From Minisyncoccota bacterium (lineage in GTDB: Bacteria > Patescibacteriota > Minisyncoccia > Minisyncoccales > JAQTVQ01): a DNA stretch of 64,000 bases. Where the stretch lies: assembly GCA_041657385.1 (NCBI GenBank), contig JBBABZ010000003.1:8820-72819 (forward strand), read 5' to 3'. The notes under the pieces are model-generated. The model did no database searches. It had not been told where the DNA came from and saw nothing but the letters and a program-made list of their open reading frames with translations. Shown piece after piece: positions 1-9,174 of this stretch. Within the stretch, counting starts at the first letter, position 1. Each line of letters begins with the position of its first letter. The position numbers and the translations under genes are program-made.

Positions 1-536
1 TGGATTGGGTTGAGGTGCTGGAAATAAAAAATAAAAAATATCAATTTAAAAAATACTCAAATAATGATTGCGGCTTTTTTTATCGCTCAAGTATTTTTAA
101 AAAGAAAGCGCCTAATATGATTATTATCTCAGCTCAATTATCTTTGAGCCAAGGCGGAAAAGAAGCGATAGAAGCAAAGATGAAAGAATATGCCGATTAT
201 CGCAAAGCAAGGCATCCATTGGCTTTTCCTTCTGCCGGCAGCGTATTCAAGAATCACGCCAAGCCGATAAAAAACAAAAGCTTGCTTGCGCAATTTCCGG
301 ATCTGGCCGTCTTTAATCAAAAAGGGGAAATACCCGCCGGCTGGCTGATAGCCAAGGCCGGGCTGACCGGAAAAAAAATCGGCGGCGCGCAAATTTCCGA
401 AAAGCATTCCAATTTTTTCGTGAACTTGGGCAATGCCAAAGCCAAAGACATCCGCGCTTTGATAAAATTTGCAAAAAGGAAAGTCAAAAAAGTTTTCGGG
501 ATAGATTTGAAAGAAGAAATAATTTATTTGTCGTGA
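1..536 (+). CDS. murB: UDP-N-acetylenolpyruvoylglucosamine reductase, C-terminal part (5' end probably outside window)
   Basis: Motifs FxYRxS, PSAGSVFKN, AGWLI, IGGAQISEKHSNFFVN. Confidence 0.93.
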   Translation, partial: DWVEVLEIKNKKYQFKKYSNNDCGFFYRSSIFKKKAPNMIIISAQLSLSQGGKEAIEAKMKEYADYRKARHPLAFPSAGSVFKNHAKPIKNKSLLAQFPDLAVFNQKGEIPAGWLIAKAGLTGKKIGGAQISEKHSNFFVNLGNAKAKDIRALIKFAKRKVKKVFGIDLKEEIIYLS

Positions 537-798
537 ATTTCAAATGATTTTTTGATTATTGGACTTTTGCGTATGTTTGAAAATTGAATAAATGAAAATT
601 TATTGAAAATTAGAAATTGAAAATTGAAAATTTTTTCGAAAATAGTTTTCCACATATTGACAAATATTTCCAATGATTGAAAATAAAATAAAGAAGAAAT
701 TCTTTTAAAAAATATCGAAGATTTAGCAGGTAGTGGTCGGCTGCTTGCAGTGATATTCAAGATTTTAATAATTTTTTTAAATTTAAATTAAAAATAAA

Positions 799-861
799 AT
801 GGCTACAAAAAAACCAGCTAAGAAAGCAGCTAAAAAAGTTGCCAAAAAAGGCAAGAAATAG
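799..861 (+). CDS. 20-aa Lys/Ala-rich small protein MATKKPAKKAAKKVAKKGKK (histone H1-tail-like composition)
   Basis: ATG..TAG read by hand; A-rich leader; TTGACA at 657 upstream; own terminator directly downstream. Confidence 0.65.
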   Translation: MATKKPAKKAAKKVAKKGKK

Positions 862-868
862 TTTTCCT

Positions 869-907
869 AAGCAACCTCCTCTCTCAACGAAAGGAGGTTG
901 CTTTTTT
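869..907 (+). terminator. Intrinsic terminator
   Basis: AAGCAACCTCCT...AGGAGGTTGCTT stem followed by T-tract. Confidence 0.85.
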
Positions 908-930
908 AAAAAGCCGTAATCGTAAAAAAT

Positions 931-1278
931 ATGCAAATCATTTTCAGAGCCAATAGAGAATTTTTATTAAGGCCGGAGCTTGAAGATTTTTTCCGGCAAA
1001 AAATGGAGAAACTGGAAAAATTTTTACAAGGAGTTGAACCGATAAAGATGGAGTTGGAAGTTTCTTTGGCTTCCGACCGTTTGCGCAAGGGGAGCTTGTT
1101 CTCCGCCAAAGCGCAATTGTGCTTGCCGAGAAAAAATCTAAGAGCCAGCGGCGAGGGAAGAACAATAAGAAACGCGATGATAGAAACGCGCGACGAGCTC
1201 GAAGAGCAGATCAAAAAATATATGACCCAGCCCATAGCGAAAAAACGATCAGAGAAAAAAGAAAGGAAAGCGTTCTAA
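931..1278 (+). CDS. hpf: Ribosome hibernation factor (HPF/RaiA family)
   Basis: 115 aa with HPF-like pattern (MQI..., KMEKLEKF, AKAQL, A-x-G...AM...DELEEQIKKY); located upstream of secA. Confidence 0.75.
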   Translation: MQIIFRANREFLLRPELEDFFRQKMEKLEKFLQGVEPIKMELEVSLASDRLRKGSLFSAKAQLCLPRKNLRASGEGRTIRNAMIETRDELEEQIKKYMTQPIAKKRSEKKERKAF

Positions 1279-1296
1279 AAAACAAACCAACCCTAT

Positions 1297-1332
1297 AAAA
1301 AAGATGCACAGGCGCCGCCTGGGCATCTTTTT
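1297..1332 (+). terminator. Intrinsic terminator after hpf
   Basis: AAAAAGATGC.CAGGC...GCCTG.GCATCTTTTT hairpin with T-run. Confidence 0.7.
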
Positions 1333-1398
1333 AATTTTGTTTTCCAGCGCTTTGATTTTTTTGGCAAAAGCGATACAATAAGAAAGCTTTTATGGGTC

Positions 1399-1496
1399 AA
1401 TACCCCGCATATTATGCATCGGAGCTTGTCCCAAGAGGATTCCAAAGGGGTGCCCCCTTTGGCCGTAAAATCGGGGTAGAGACCCCGATTGCGGAG
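1399..1496 (+). repeat. Structured dispersed element, copy 1 (secA leader)
   Basis: AATACCCC..ATCGGAGC, hairpin AAAGGGG/CCCCTTT, hairpin ATCGGGG/CCCCGAT, then GCGGAG; similar to 6437-6565 on the minus strand. Confidence 0.65.
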
Positions 1497-1543
1497 TCAA
1501 ATGGAAAATATAAAATTTGTTAGCAGTACAATAACATTCGATT

Positions 1544-4039
1544 ATGTCAATTTTCAGCAATTTATTCGGCAATTCCAACCAAAAATATCTTGAAAGGATC
1601 CAGCCCTTAATGGAAGAAATAAACGGGCTGGAGAAAGAGCTTGAAAAGCTTTCCGACGATCAGCTGAAGGATAAAACTGCGGAATTCCGAGAGTCTTTAA
1701 AGAATGGGAAAACCTTGGACGATCTTTTGCCGCAAGCTTTTGCCGCGGTGAGAGAGGCCGCCAGGCGCAATTTAAAACAGCGCCATTTTGACGTGCAATT
1801 GATAGGAGGTATTGTTTTGCATCAAGGGCGCATCGCTGAAATGAAAACAGGAGAGGGAAAAACTTTGACCGCCACTTTGCCGGTCTATTTGAACGCGCTT
1901 GAGCAAAAAGGATGCCATTTGATAACGGTCAACGATTATCTGTCCCGCCGCGATGCCGTTTGGATGGGCCAAATTTATAATGCCCTCGGGCTTTCGGTCT
2001 CCTGCTTGAACCACGAGCAATCTTTTCTATATGATCCGGGTTATAAAAAGGAAGACGACCAAAGCGATAAGAAGAGAGACGACTTGGGAGGTTTTTATAT
2101 TGTAGAAGATTATCTTAGGCCTTGCTCCAGGAAAGAAGCGTATCTTGCCGACATCACTTACGGCACCAATAATGAATTTGGTTTTGATTATTTGCGCGAC
2201 AATATGGTTTTTGATCTGGAGGATAAAGCCCAAAGGGATTTGAACTTTGCCATCATTGATGAAGTTGATTCTATTTTGATAGACGAAGCGCGCACGCCTT
2301 TGATCATTTCCGCGCCCGATGCGGAAAGCTCTAATTGGTATAAAGAATTTGCCCGCCTTATTCCGAAAGTTACCAAAGGAGATTACGAAATAGATGAAAA
2401 GCTGAAAGCAGTCACTTTGACCGAAGAAGGCATTAAGAAAATTGAAAATATTTTGGGGGTGGAAAATATCTATGAAGAAAAAGGAATAAAATATCTCCAC
2501 TTTTTGGAACAAGCTTTGCGCGCCCAAACTCTTTTTGAAAAAGATAAGGATTATGTTATTCGCAACGGCGAAGTTATTATCGTTGACCAGTTCACCGGAC
2601 GGTTGATGCCCGGACGCCGCTGGTCCGGCGGGCTGCATCAAGCTATTGAAGCCAAGGAGGGAGTGGCAGTCCAGCCGGAATCGCTTACCTTGGCCACAGT
2701 TACTTTTCAAAATTATTTCAGGATGTATAAAAAGATCGCGGGAATGACCGGAACAGCCGCGACCTCGGCTGAAGAATTCGATAAAGTTTATAAATTGGAG
2801 GTAGCTGTTATTCCGACCAATAAAAAATTAGACAGGAGCGATTCGCCTGACCGGGTCTATAAAACCGAATTGGGAAAATTTAAAGCCGTTGTCGAAGAAA
2901 TAGAGCAAAGGCATAAATTGGGCCAGCCTGTTTTGGTTGGCACCACTTCGATCCAAAAAAATGAGCTGCTGGCCAGGATCCTTGAAAAAAAGACCGGTAT
3001 CGCTTTTGAAGTTTTGAATGCCAAGAACCACGAGAGGGAAGGGCAGATCATCGCCCAAGCTGGAAGACTGGGGGCGGTTACTATTGCCACCAATATGGCT
3101 GGCAGAGGCGTGGATATTCTTCTGGGCGGCAATCCGCCCGATCCGCAGAAAGCGGAAAAGGTCCGCGCCCTTGGCGGACTGCATATCATTGGAACGGAAC
3201 GCCACGAAGCGAGGCGCATTGATAATCAGCTGCGAGGACGCGCCGGCCGCCAGGGAGATCCGGGTTCTACCCAGTTTTTTGTTTCCTTAGACGATGATCT
3301 GATGAGGATCTTCGGGGATAATTTGAAATCCGTGATGGAAAAATTCAATTTGCCCGATGATCTGCCCTTGGAGCATGGCATCATCAGCCGGAGCATTGAA
3401 TCAGCTCAATCGAAAGTTGAGGGAATGAACTTTGACTCCCGCAAGCATCTTTTGGAATACGATGATGTTTTGAACAAACACAGGGAAGTTTATTACCAAA
3501 AGAGAAAAGATCTTTTATCAAAAGATCCGGAGCAGCTTAAGTTTTACGCTCTTGAGATACTCGAAAAAGCGCAATTGTCTTTGGAAGAATACGCCAAAAA
3601 AGAAAATAGCGCCGGCTTTGGCCCAATGAGGCAAATGGAAAAAACTATTTGCTTGAGGATTTTTGATATGCTTTGGATGGAGCATTTGGAGAATATGGAA
3701 AGCTTGAGAGATTCGGTCCGATTAAGAGCGTATGGCCAGCGCGATCCTTTAGTGGAATACAAAAGCGAGGGGCATCGTATGTTCCAGCAGCTTTTAGATA
3801 CTATGGAAAAAGTTGCGGCCAATTCCATCGCGAAGGCTAACATCAGCCCCAGCGTCCAGATTTTACCATCCGGAACTCAAAGACCGGAGTTGCCAAAGGG
3901 GGCTGTTAGTGCTAAAATTTTCAATCAGAATTCAGGATTGAAGCTTGGCCGTAATGATCCGTGCCCCTGCGGGAAGATAGACCCTCAAACGAAGAGGCCG
4001 ATGAAGTACAAAAAGTGCTGCTATCCGAAATACGGATAA
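1544..4039 (+). CDS. secA: Preprotein translocase ATPase SecA
   Basis: MKTGEGKT, IIDEVDSILIDEARTPLIIS, RGRAGRQGDPG, C-terminal GRNDPCPCG SEC-C motif. Confidence 0.99.
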   Translation: MSIFSNLFGNSNQKYLERIQPLMEEINGLEKELEKLSDDQLKDKTAEFRESLKNGKTLDDLLPQAFAAVREAARRNLKQRHFDVQLIGGIVLHQGRIAEMKTGEGKTLTATLPVYLNALEQKGCHLITVNDYLSRRDAVWMGQIYNALGLSVSCLNHEQSFLYDPGYKKEDDQSDKKRDDLGGFYIVEDYLRPCSRKEAYLADITYGTNNEFGFDYLRDNMVFDLEDKAQRDLNFAIIDEVDSILIDEARTPLIISAPDAESSNWYKEFARLIPKVTKGDYEIDEKLKAVTLTEEGIKKIENILGVENIYEEKGIKYLHFLEQALRAQTLFEKDKDYVIRNGEVIIVDQFTGRLMPGRRWSGGLHQAIEAKEGVAVQPESLTLATVTFQNYFRMYKKIAGMTGTAATSAEEFDKVYKLEVAVIPTNKKLDRSDSPDRVYKTELGKFKAVVEEIEQRHKLGQPVLVGTTSIQKNELLARILEKKTGIAFEVLNAKNHEREGQIIAQAGRLGAVTIATNMAGRGVDILLGGNPPDPQKAEKVRALGGLHIIGTERHEARRIDNQLRGRAGRQGDPGSTQFFVSLDDDLMRIFGDNLKSVMEKFNLPDDLPLEHGIISRSIESAQSKVEGMNFDSRKHLLEYDDVLNKHREVYYQKRKDLLSKDPEQLKFYALEILEKAQLSLEEYAKKENSAGFGPMRQMEKTICLRIFDMLWMEHLENMESLRDSVRLRAYGQRDPLVEYKSEGHRMFQQLLDTMEKVAANSIAKANISPSVQILPSGTQRPELPKGAVSAKIFNQNSGLKLGRNDPCPCGKIDPQTKRPMKYKKCCYPKYG

Positions 4040-4082
4040 TCTTGTTTGACTTAATAACAAATTAATTTTATAGTAGAAAACG

Positions 4083-5501
4083 ATGTCTAAGAAAAATACC
4101 GTTTTGAGTTTGCTTTTCATTATTATTTTAGCGGTTGCGGCCGGCTTTTTTTGTTTTCCCAAATATCTCAACCAAGGGATAGATTGGGCCAATAAAATAA
4201 GCGGCTTAGGGATATATAAGGTTTCGGAAAATGAATTCAGGATGGGACTGGATCTCAAAGGCGGAGTGCGCTTGGAATACCAAGCTGAATTAAAAGATAT
4301 TAAGGCTGAAGACAGAAGCAACGCGATGGAAGGATTGAAAGATGTCATTGAGAGAAGAATCAATGGTTTTGGCGTTGCCGAGCCGCAGATCACCGTTTCC
4401 GGGGGCAACCGTTTAATGGTTGAACTGCCGGGGGTGGAGAATATTGAGGACGCCAAAGAATGGATCGGCCAAACTCCTTGGCTGGAATTCTTAGAGGAAA
4501 GAAATGCGAGCGATACAGAGATGATCATTGCGAAGAGAAAAGAAGTACAGGCTGTTGGAAATGATATGGAAAAAATTCAGCAGATCCCTGATTGGCAACT
4601 GGCCTTGGAAAATCCTTACTATATAAAAACGGAGCTGACCAGCCGTTATTTTAAAAAAGCCGCTTTAAGCTATGATCAAACCAGCAATGATCCGGTCATT
4701 GAAATAGAATTCAAGGACGATGGCGCCAAGCTTTTTGAACAAATTACCGAGAGGAATATCGGGAAAACCCTTGCTATAATGTTGGACGGCCAGTCTATCA
4801 TTGATGTGGGAGCAGGAGCGGTCTACGCTCCGAAAATTGACGAAAAGATCAGCGGCGGGAAAGCGGTTATCACCGGGCAGAAAGATATAAAGCAGGCTAA
4901 AATGATCGTTTCAAGGCTTAATCAGGGAGCTTTGCCGGTGCAGATCGGCCAGCCGATCAGCGAAAGCAAGATAGGCCCGACTTTAGGCAAAGTTTCGCTC
5001 AACGACACTTTGAAAGCCGGATTATTGGGATTTTTGCTGATCATTATCTTTATGGTCGTTTATTACCGCTTGCCTGGCTTGCTGGCTTCGCTGGCTTTGG
5101 TTTTTTATGCATTTTTGTTGCTGGCCATCTTCAAATTAATTTCAGTAACATTAACATTGGCAGGCATCGGAGGAGTTATTCTTTCGATTGGAATGGCTAT
5201 TGATGCCAACGTGCTGATCTTTACCAGAATGAACGAAGAGCTGAAACAGGGCAAGAGCTTCGGACAAAGCGTGGAAGAAGGATTCAACAGAGCTTGGCCG
5301 GCCATCCGCGACGGCAACGCCACAACATTATTAGTGGGATTTATTCTGTTGTTTTTGGGAACCAGTTTTGTTAAAGGATTTGCGACCACTTTGAACATCG
5401 GAATTTTGCTTTCAATGTTCACGGCGATCGTTGTCACCAGAACATTTTTAAGACTGTTCGTTGGAACTAAATTAGAAAAAATAACTTGGCTTTGGAAATA
5501 A
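4083..5501 (+). CDS. secD: Protein translocase subunit SecD
   Basis: GLDLKGG, RINGFGVAEPQI, IGPTLG, IGMAIDANV. Confidence 0.98.
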   Translation: MSKKNTVLSLLFIIILAVAAGFFCFPKYLNQGIDWANKISGLGIYKVSENEFRMGLDLKGGVRLEYQAELKDIKAEDRSNAMEGLKDVIERRINGFGVAEPQITVSGGNRLMVELPGVENIEDAKEWIGQTPWLEFLEERNASDTEMIIAKRKEVQAVGNDMEKIQQIPDWQLALENPYYIKTELTSRYFKKAALSYDQTSNDPVIEIEFKDDGAKLFEQITERNIGKTLAIMLDGQSIIDVGAGAVYAPKIDEKISGGKAVITGQKDIKQAKMIVSRLNQGALPVQIGQPISESKIGPTLGKVSLNDTLKAGLLGFLLIIIFMVVYYRLPGLLASLALVFYAFLLLAIFKLISVTLTLAGIGGVILSIGMAIDANVLIFTRMNEELKQGKSFGQSVEEGFNRAWPAIRDGNATTLLVGFILLFLGTSFVKGFATTLNIGILLSMFTAIVVTRTFLRLFVGTKLEKITWLWK

Positions 5502-5505
5502 TCTT

Positions 5506-6435
5506 ATGACAATCAATTTTCTTAAATATAAAAATTTCTTTTTCTTTTTTTCTTTGCTTGTCATTATTTCTTGTATTGCCTTGATGATCATCTGGCCTTT
5601 AAAGCCAAGCATTGAATTCACCGGCGGCAGCGTTTTGGAGATAAAATACCAAGACAATCGTCCGGCTACCCAAGAAGTGCAAGATAAAATAAAAGACCTG
5701 GGGTTAGGCGATGTCGTTATCCAGCAAGTAGAAGATAAAGGCCTTGTTCTAAGAATGCAGTCAACGTCTGAAGAAGTTGAAGGCATCCATCAAAAAGTCA
5801 TTGAAAAACTGAAAGAAACCGGCAATTTTGAAGAGCAAAGTTTTGAAGCTATCGGGCCGGTTGTCGGCAGAGAACTTTACCAAAAAACAGTCCTTTTGGT
5901 GATCGTTTCGCTGACCGCGATGCTTTTATATATTGCTTTCGCCTTTAGGAATGTTCCGGGGCCTGTCAGTCCTTGGATCTACGGATTAGCTTCTTTTTTA
6001 ATGCTTGTCCACGATGTCGTTGTCCCGCTGGGAGTTTTTTCCATCCTTGGAAAATTTTACGGAGTTCAAGTTACCATACCGATCATTACCGCCTTGTTAA
6101 CAGTGGTTGGATACGCGATCAACAATGTGATCGTGGTTTATGACCGAACAAGAGAAAACCTTCAAAGGACCAGGAACATTAATTTTGCCGAGATAGCCAA
6201 TCTCTCTATCAATCAAACTTTAAGCAGGCAGATAAATACTTCTTTAGCCGTATTATTTCCCTTATTCGCCATGTATTTTATAAGCGGAGTCGCTTTAAAA
6301 TATTTCTCTTTAGCTTTAATTTTGGGAATAATCACCGGAACTTATTCTTCGATCTTTTTAGCTACGCCTATATTGGTGGCTTGGTTAAATTTTCGTAATA
6401 GCAGGCAAAAAGCCAAAATCGGCAAAAAGAGATAG
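5506..6435 (+). CDS. secF: Protein translocase subunit SecF
   Basis: IEFTGG, IGPVVG, GYAINNVIVVYDRTRE, GTYSSIFLA. Confidence 0.97.
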   Translation: MTINFLKYKNFFFFFSLLVIISCIALMIIWPLKPSIEFTGGSVLEIKYQDNRPATQEVQDKIKDLGLGDVVIQQVEDKGLVLRMQSTSEEVEGIHQKVIEKLKETGNFEEQSFEAIGPVVGRELYQKTVLLVIVSLTAMLLYIAFAFRNVPGPVSPWIYGLASFLMLVHDVVVPLGVFSILGKFYGVQVTIPIITALLTVVGYAINNVIVVYDRTRENLQRTRNINFAEIANLSINQTLSRQINTSLAVLFPLFAMYFISGVALKYFSLALILGIITGTYSSIFLATPILVAWLNFRNSRQKAKIGKKR

Positions 6436-6436
6436 G

Positions 6437-6565
6437 CTCCGCGATTGGGGAGTTAGCCCCGATCTTGCGGCAAAGGGTCGTCCCTTTTGCCGCCATCTTT
6501 CGCATAACTACGCGAAGCTATGACAAAGTGGGATGATCTTCTTAGTGCGCTTCCGATGGGGTATT
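6437..6565 (-). repeat. Structured dispersed element, copy 2 (inverted relative to copy 1)
   Basis: Reverse complement gives AATACCCC ATCGGAAGC...AAAGGG/CCCTTT hairpin, GCCG, ATCGGGG/CCCCAAT hairpin, CGCGGAG. Confidence 0.65.
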
Positions 6566-6591
6566 CAGTAAAGATATCCACAGGTTCGTTA

Positions 6592-6620
6592 TTGACAAAA
6601 ATACTAAAAAGTAGTATAAA
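6592..6620 (+). promoter_or_regulatory. Sigma70-type promoter
   Basis: TTGACA-17 bp-TATAAA, 9 nt before ATG 6630. Confidence 0.7.
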
Positions 6621-6629
6621 AAAAAGGTC

Positions 6630-7691
6630 ATGGATAACGATTTTAAGAAATTTTCTTCAAAACTTTTAGAAGGTTTCCCCTTGCGCAACAAAGAGGTCGT
6701 TTTGCGCAGGTTTGGCTTAACTGAAAGCCAAAAAATGGAAACACTTGAAGCTATCGGCAAAGATTATAAGATCACCCGCGAACGCGTCAGGCAGATCGAA
6801 AATGACAGCTTGAAAAAGCTGAAAGAGAAGATCAAAACTCCAAAAATAGAATCAGAGTTTAAAAATCTGGAATCATATATTTCAGCCGTCTTAAAGCAGT
6901 ACGGCGGTATTAGAAGAGAGGATAAGCTTTTGGCTAATTTAACTGCGGAAAAAAACAAGAATTTCGCCTACTTTATTCTTTCTTTGAGCCCTTTATTCCA
7001 AAGGCTTGATGAAGGAAACGGCTGTTATTCCGTCTGGACTTCCAACAAGGAAACTTTTGAGCTGGCAAAATCATTGTGCCAATCGTTTGAAGTAAAGTTT
7101 CAAAAACTGGAAAAAACATTAACCGAACAGGAAGTTTTTGATATTTACGAAAAAGAGCTAAAGACGCAATTTAATATTTCTTTTGCAAAAGAAGCATTTT
7201 TTTCTTATCTGGAGATTTGCTGCCGTTTGGCGAAAACCGTTGATCAAAAATGGGGTTTGGTCTCTTGGGCGGAAGTCAGTCCCAAAACCATAAAAGACAA
7301 AATAGGAATGGTTCTAAAGTGCGAAAATAAACCTTTGCATTTTCAAGATATCTCTCGCTTGATCGAACAATTGAACGGCAGGCTGGAGAATGTCAAAAAG
7401 ATGTCGCCGCATATTCAAACGGTTCATAATGAGCTGATCAAAAACAATAATTTTGTTTTAGTCGGCAGGGGGATGTATGCCCTTAAAGAATGGGGATATG
7501 AATCCGGCCAGGTTAAAGACATAATTGCAAAGGCTTTAAAAGACGCTTCACAGCCCCTCACCAAAGAAGAGATCATCCAGATCGTGGCCAAGCAGAGAGC
7601 CGTGAAGGAATCAACTGTTTTATCAAGCTTAAGAAACAAGAATCTTTTTGGCAAAGACGAATCCGGCAGATATCAAATCCGTGAAGCCTAA
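6630..7691 (+). CDS. Sigma-70 region 4 HTH plus HARE-HTH (RNAP delta-like) protein, CPR-type
   Basis: RRFGL...TLEAIG..Y.ITRERVRQIE; C-terminal TVHNELI..FVLVGRGMYALKEWGY. Confidence 0.8.
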   Translation: MDNDFKKFSSKLLEGFPLRNKEVVLRRFGLTESQKMETLEAIGKDYKITRERVRQIENDSLKKLKEKIKTPKIESEFKNLESYISAVLKQYGGIRREDKLLANLTAEKNKNFAYFILSLSPLFQRLDEGNGCYSVWTSNKETFELAKSLCQSFEVKFQKLEKTLTEQEVFDIYEKELKTQFNISFAKEAFFSYLEICCRLAKTVDQKWGLVSWAEVSPKTIKDKIGMVLKCENKPLHFQDISRLIEQLNGRLENVKKMSPHIQTVHNELIKNNNFVLVGRGMYALKEWGYESGQVKDIIAKALKDASQPLTKEEIIQIVAKQRAVKESTVLSSLRNKNLFGKDESGRYQIREA

Positions 7692-7831
7692 AAGAGGCGT
7701 TATCTTTTTTTGCAATTTTAGCGTTCTTGTGGGATTATTAAATTGTTATTTTCTAATCCGTTTCAAAGTTTCCGAAAGAAATTTTCTAATCTTATTTCAA
7801 AATTTTCTAGTTGGAAATTAGCTTGTCTTAA

Positions 7832-9133
7832 ATGACAGACCCAGAAACCCTAAAAATCCTTTATCAAATCTTCGGGGCGATCAGCTCCTTTTTTTCGTTT
7901 TGCTGGGAAATTTTTAAGATTTTTTGGTGGATCTTGCCGCCGATCATTTTATTTGAGCCGTTAAAAGAATGGTATCTCAAATTCAAACAGAACGGATGGG
8001 TCAGCAAGCAGAGTTTTATTTTATTGGAATTGAAGATGCCCCGGCAGGAATTAAAGCCGATCAAGGCAATGGAAAATGTTTTTGCTACGCTTTGGAGCAC
8101 TTACGATCCGCCCAACAAAAAAGAAAAATGGTTTGAAGGAAAAATTTTGCTTTATTTCACCTTGGAAATAAACAGTATTGAAGGCGTGCCTCATTTTTAT
8201 ATCCGTATTTCCAAGGCCTTAAGAAAGACAGTGGAATCGGCTGTCTATTCTCAATTTCCGGCCGTTGAGATCTCCGAGGTTCCTGATTATGTCAAAAATG
8301 TTCCTTCGGGCCTGCCGAATAAAGATTGGGATATTTGGGGATGCGATTATGTCCAGTCGAAAAGCGATGCTTATCCGATAAAAACTTACCGTCAATTTTT
8401 TCAAGAGAGCGAAGGGTTGAAAGAGGAAAAACAAATAGAGCCTTTGGCCGCTTTACTGGAAGGGCTGGCCCGTTTTGAAAAAGGAGAACAGCTTTGGATC
8501 CAGATAATGACCCGGCCGATCACTGTGGCAGAAGATAATTATGTCCAAAGAGGAAAAGACGAGATCAATAAATTGGTTGGCCGTCCGGAAAAGGTTGGAA
8601 GAAAATCGTTGTTCAAAGAGTTTTTTGATCTGATCTTTTTCAATATAGCCCCCGGGGGAGCCAAAGAGGGAGAGAAACCGATCATTCCTTCGGAAATGAA
8701 ATTAACGCCAGGGGAAAGGGATGTAGTGCAGATCATCGGCGAAAAAATTTCCAAGCCGGCTTTTTCCACTAATATCAGATTTGTTTATGTGGCCAAAAGA
8801 GAGAATTTTTTCGGCGCTATGAAATTAATCCCAATGGCTTTTTTCAACCAGTTCAACACCCAAAATTTGAACGGCCTGAAACCTTATGGCAAAACAGCTA
8901 CTAAAGTCCAAGCCCCCGCTTTTTTTGTCGGAGCCAGAACTTATTTAAAAAAAAGGATCATGTATCAGAGATTTTGCGATAGAGAAAAAATAGGCGAGGC
9001 ATCTTTTATCCTAAATACTGAAGAGCTGGCTACTATTTTTCATTTTCCGACTTTGGAATCCGTCTCTGAAGCTATCTTGCCCAGGATCGAAACTAAAAAA
9101 GGCAGTCCGCCCTTGGAATTGCCCATTGAATAA
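7832..9133 (+). CDS. Conserved CPR membrane-anchored protein, partner of the downstream ATPase
   Basis: N-terminal TM segment, YSQFP..EI.EV.DY, YPIKTY, LNTEELATIFHFP. Confidence 0.65.
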   Translation: MTDPETLKILYQIFGAISSFFSFCWEIFKIFWWILPPIILFEPLKEWYLKFKQNGWVSKQSFILLELKMPRQELKPIKAMENVFATLWSTYDPPNKKEKWFEGKILLYFTLEINSIEGVPHFYIRISKALRKTVESAVYSQFPAVEISEVPDYVKNVPSGLPNKDWDIWGCDYVQSKSDAYPIKTYRQFFQESEGLKEEKQIEPLAALLEGLARFEKGEQLWIQIMTRPITVAEDNYVQRGKDEINKLVGRPEKVGRKSLFKEFFDLIFFNIAPGGAKEGEKPIIPSEMKLTPGERDVVQIIGEKISKPAFSTNIRFVYVAKRENFFGAMKLIPMAFFNQFNTQNLNGLKPYGKTATKVQAPAFFVGARTYLKKRIMYQRFCDREKIGEASFILNTEELATIFHFPTLESVSEAILPRIETKKGSPPLELPIE

Positions 9134-9174
9134 TGTTATCATAGGGGAAGAGATATCAGTTTAAGCCAATCCAA

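Noticed and set aside
646-654. DnaA-box-like TTTTCCACA (also ATATCCACA near 6574) as oriC
   Set aside because: Isolated imperfect boxes with no cluster and no dnaA/dnaN nearby.
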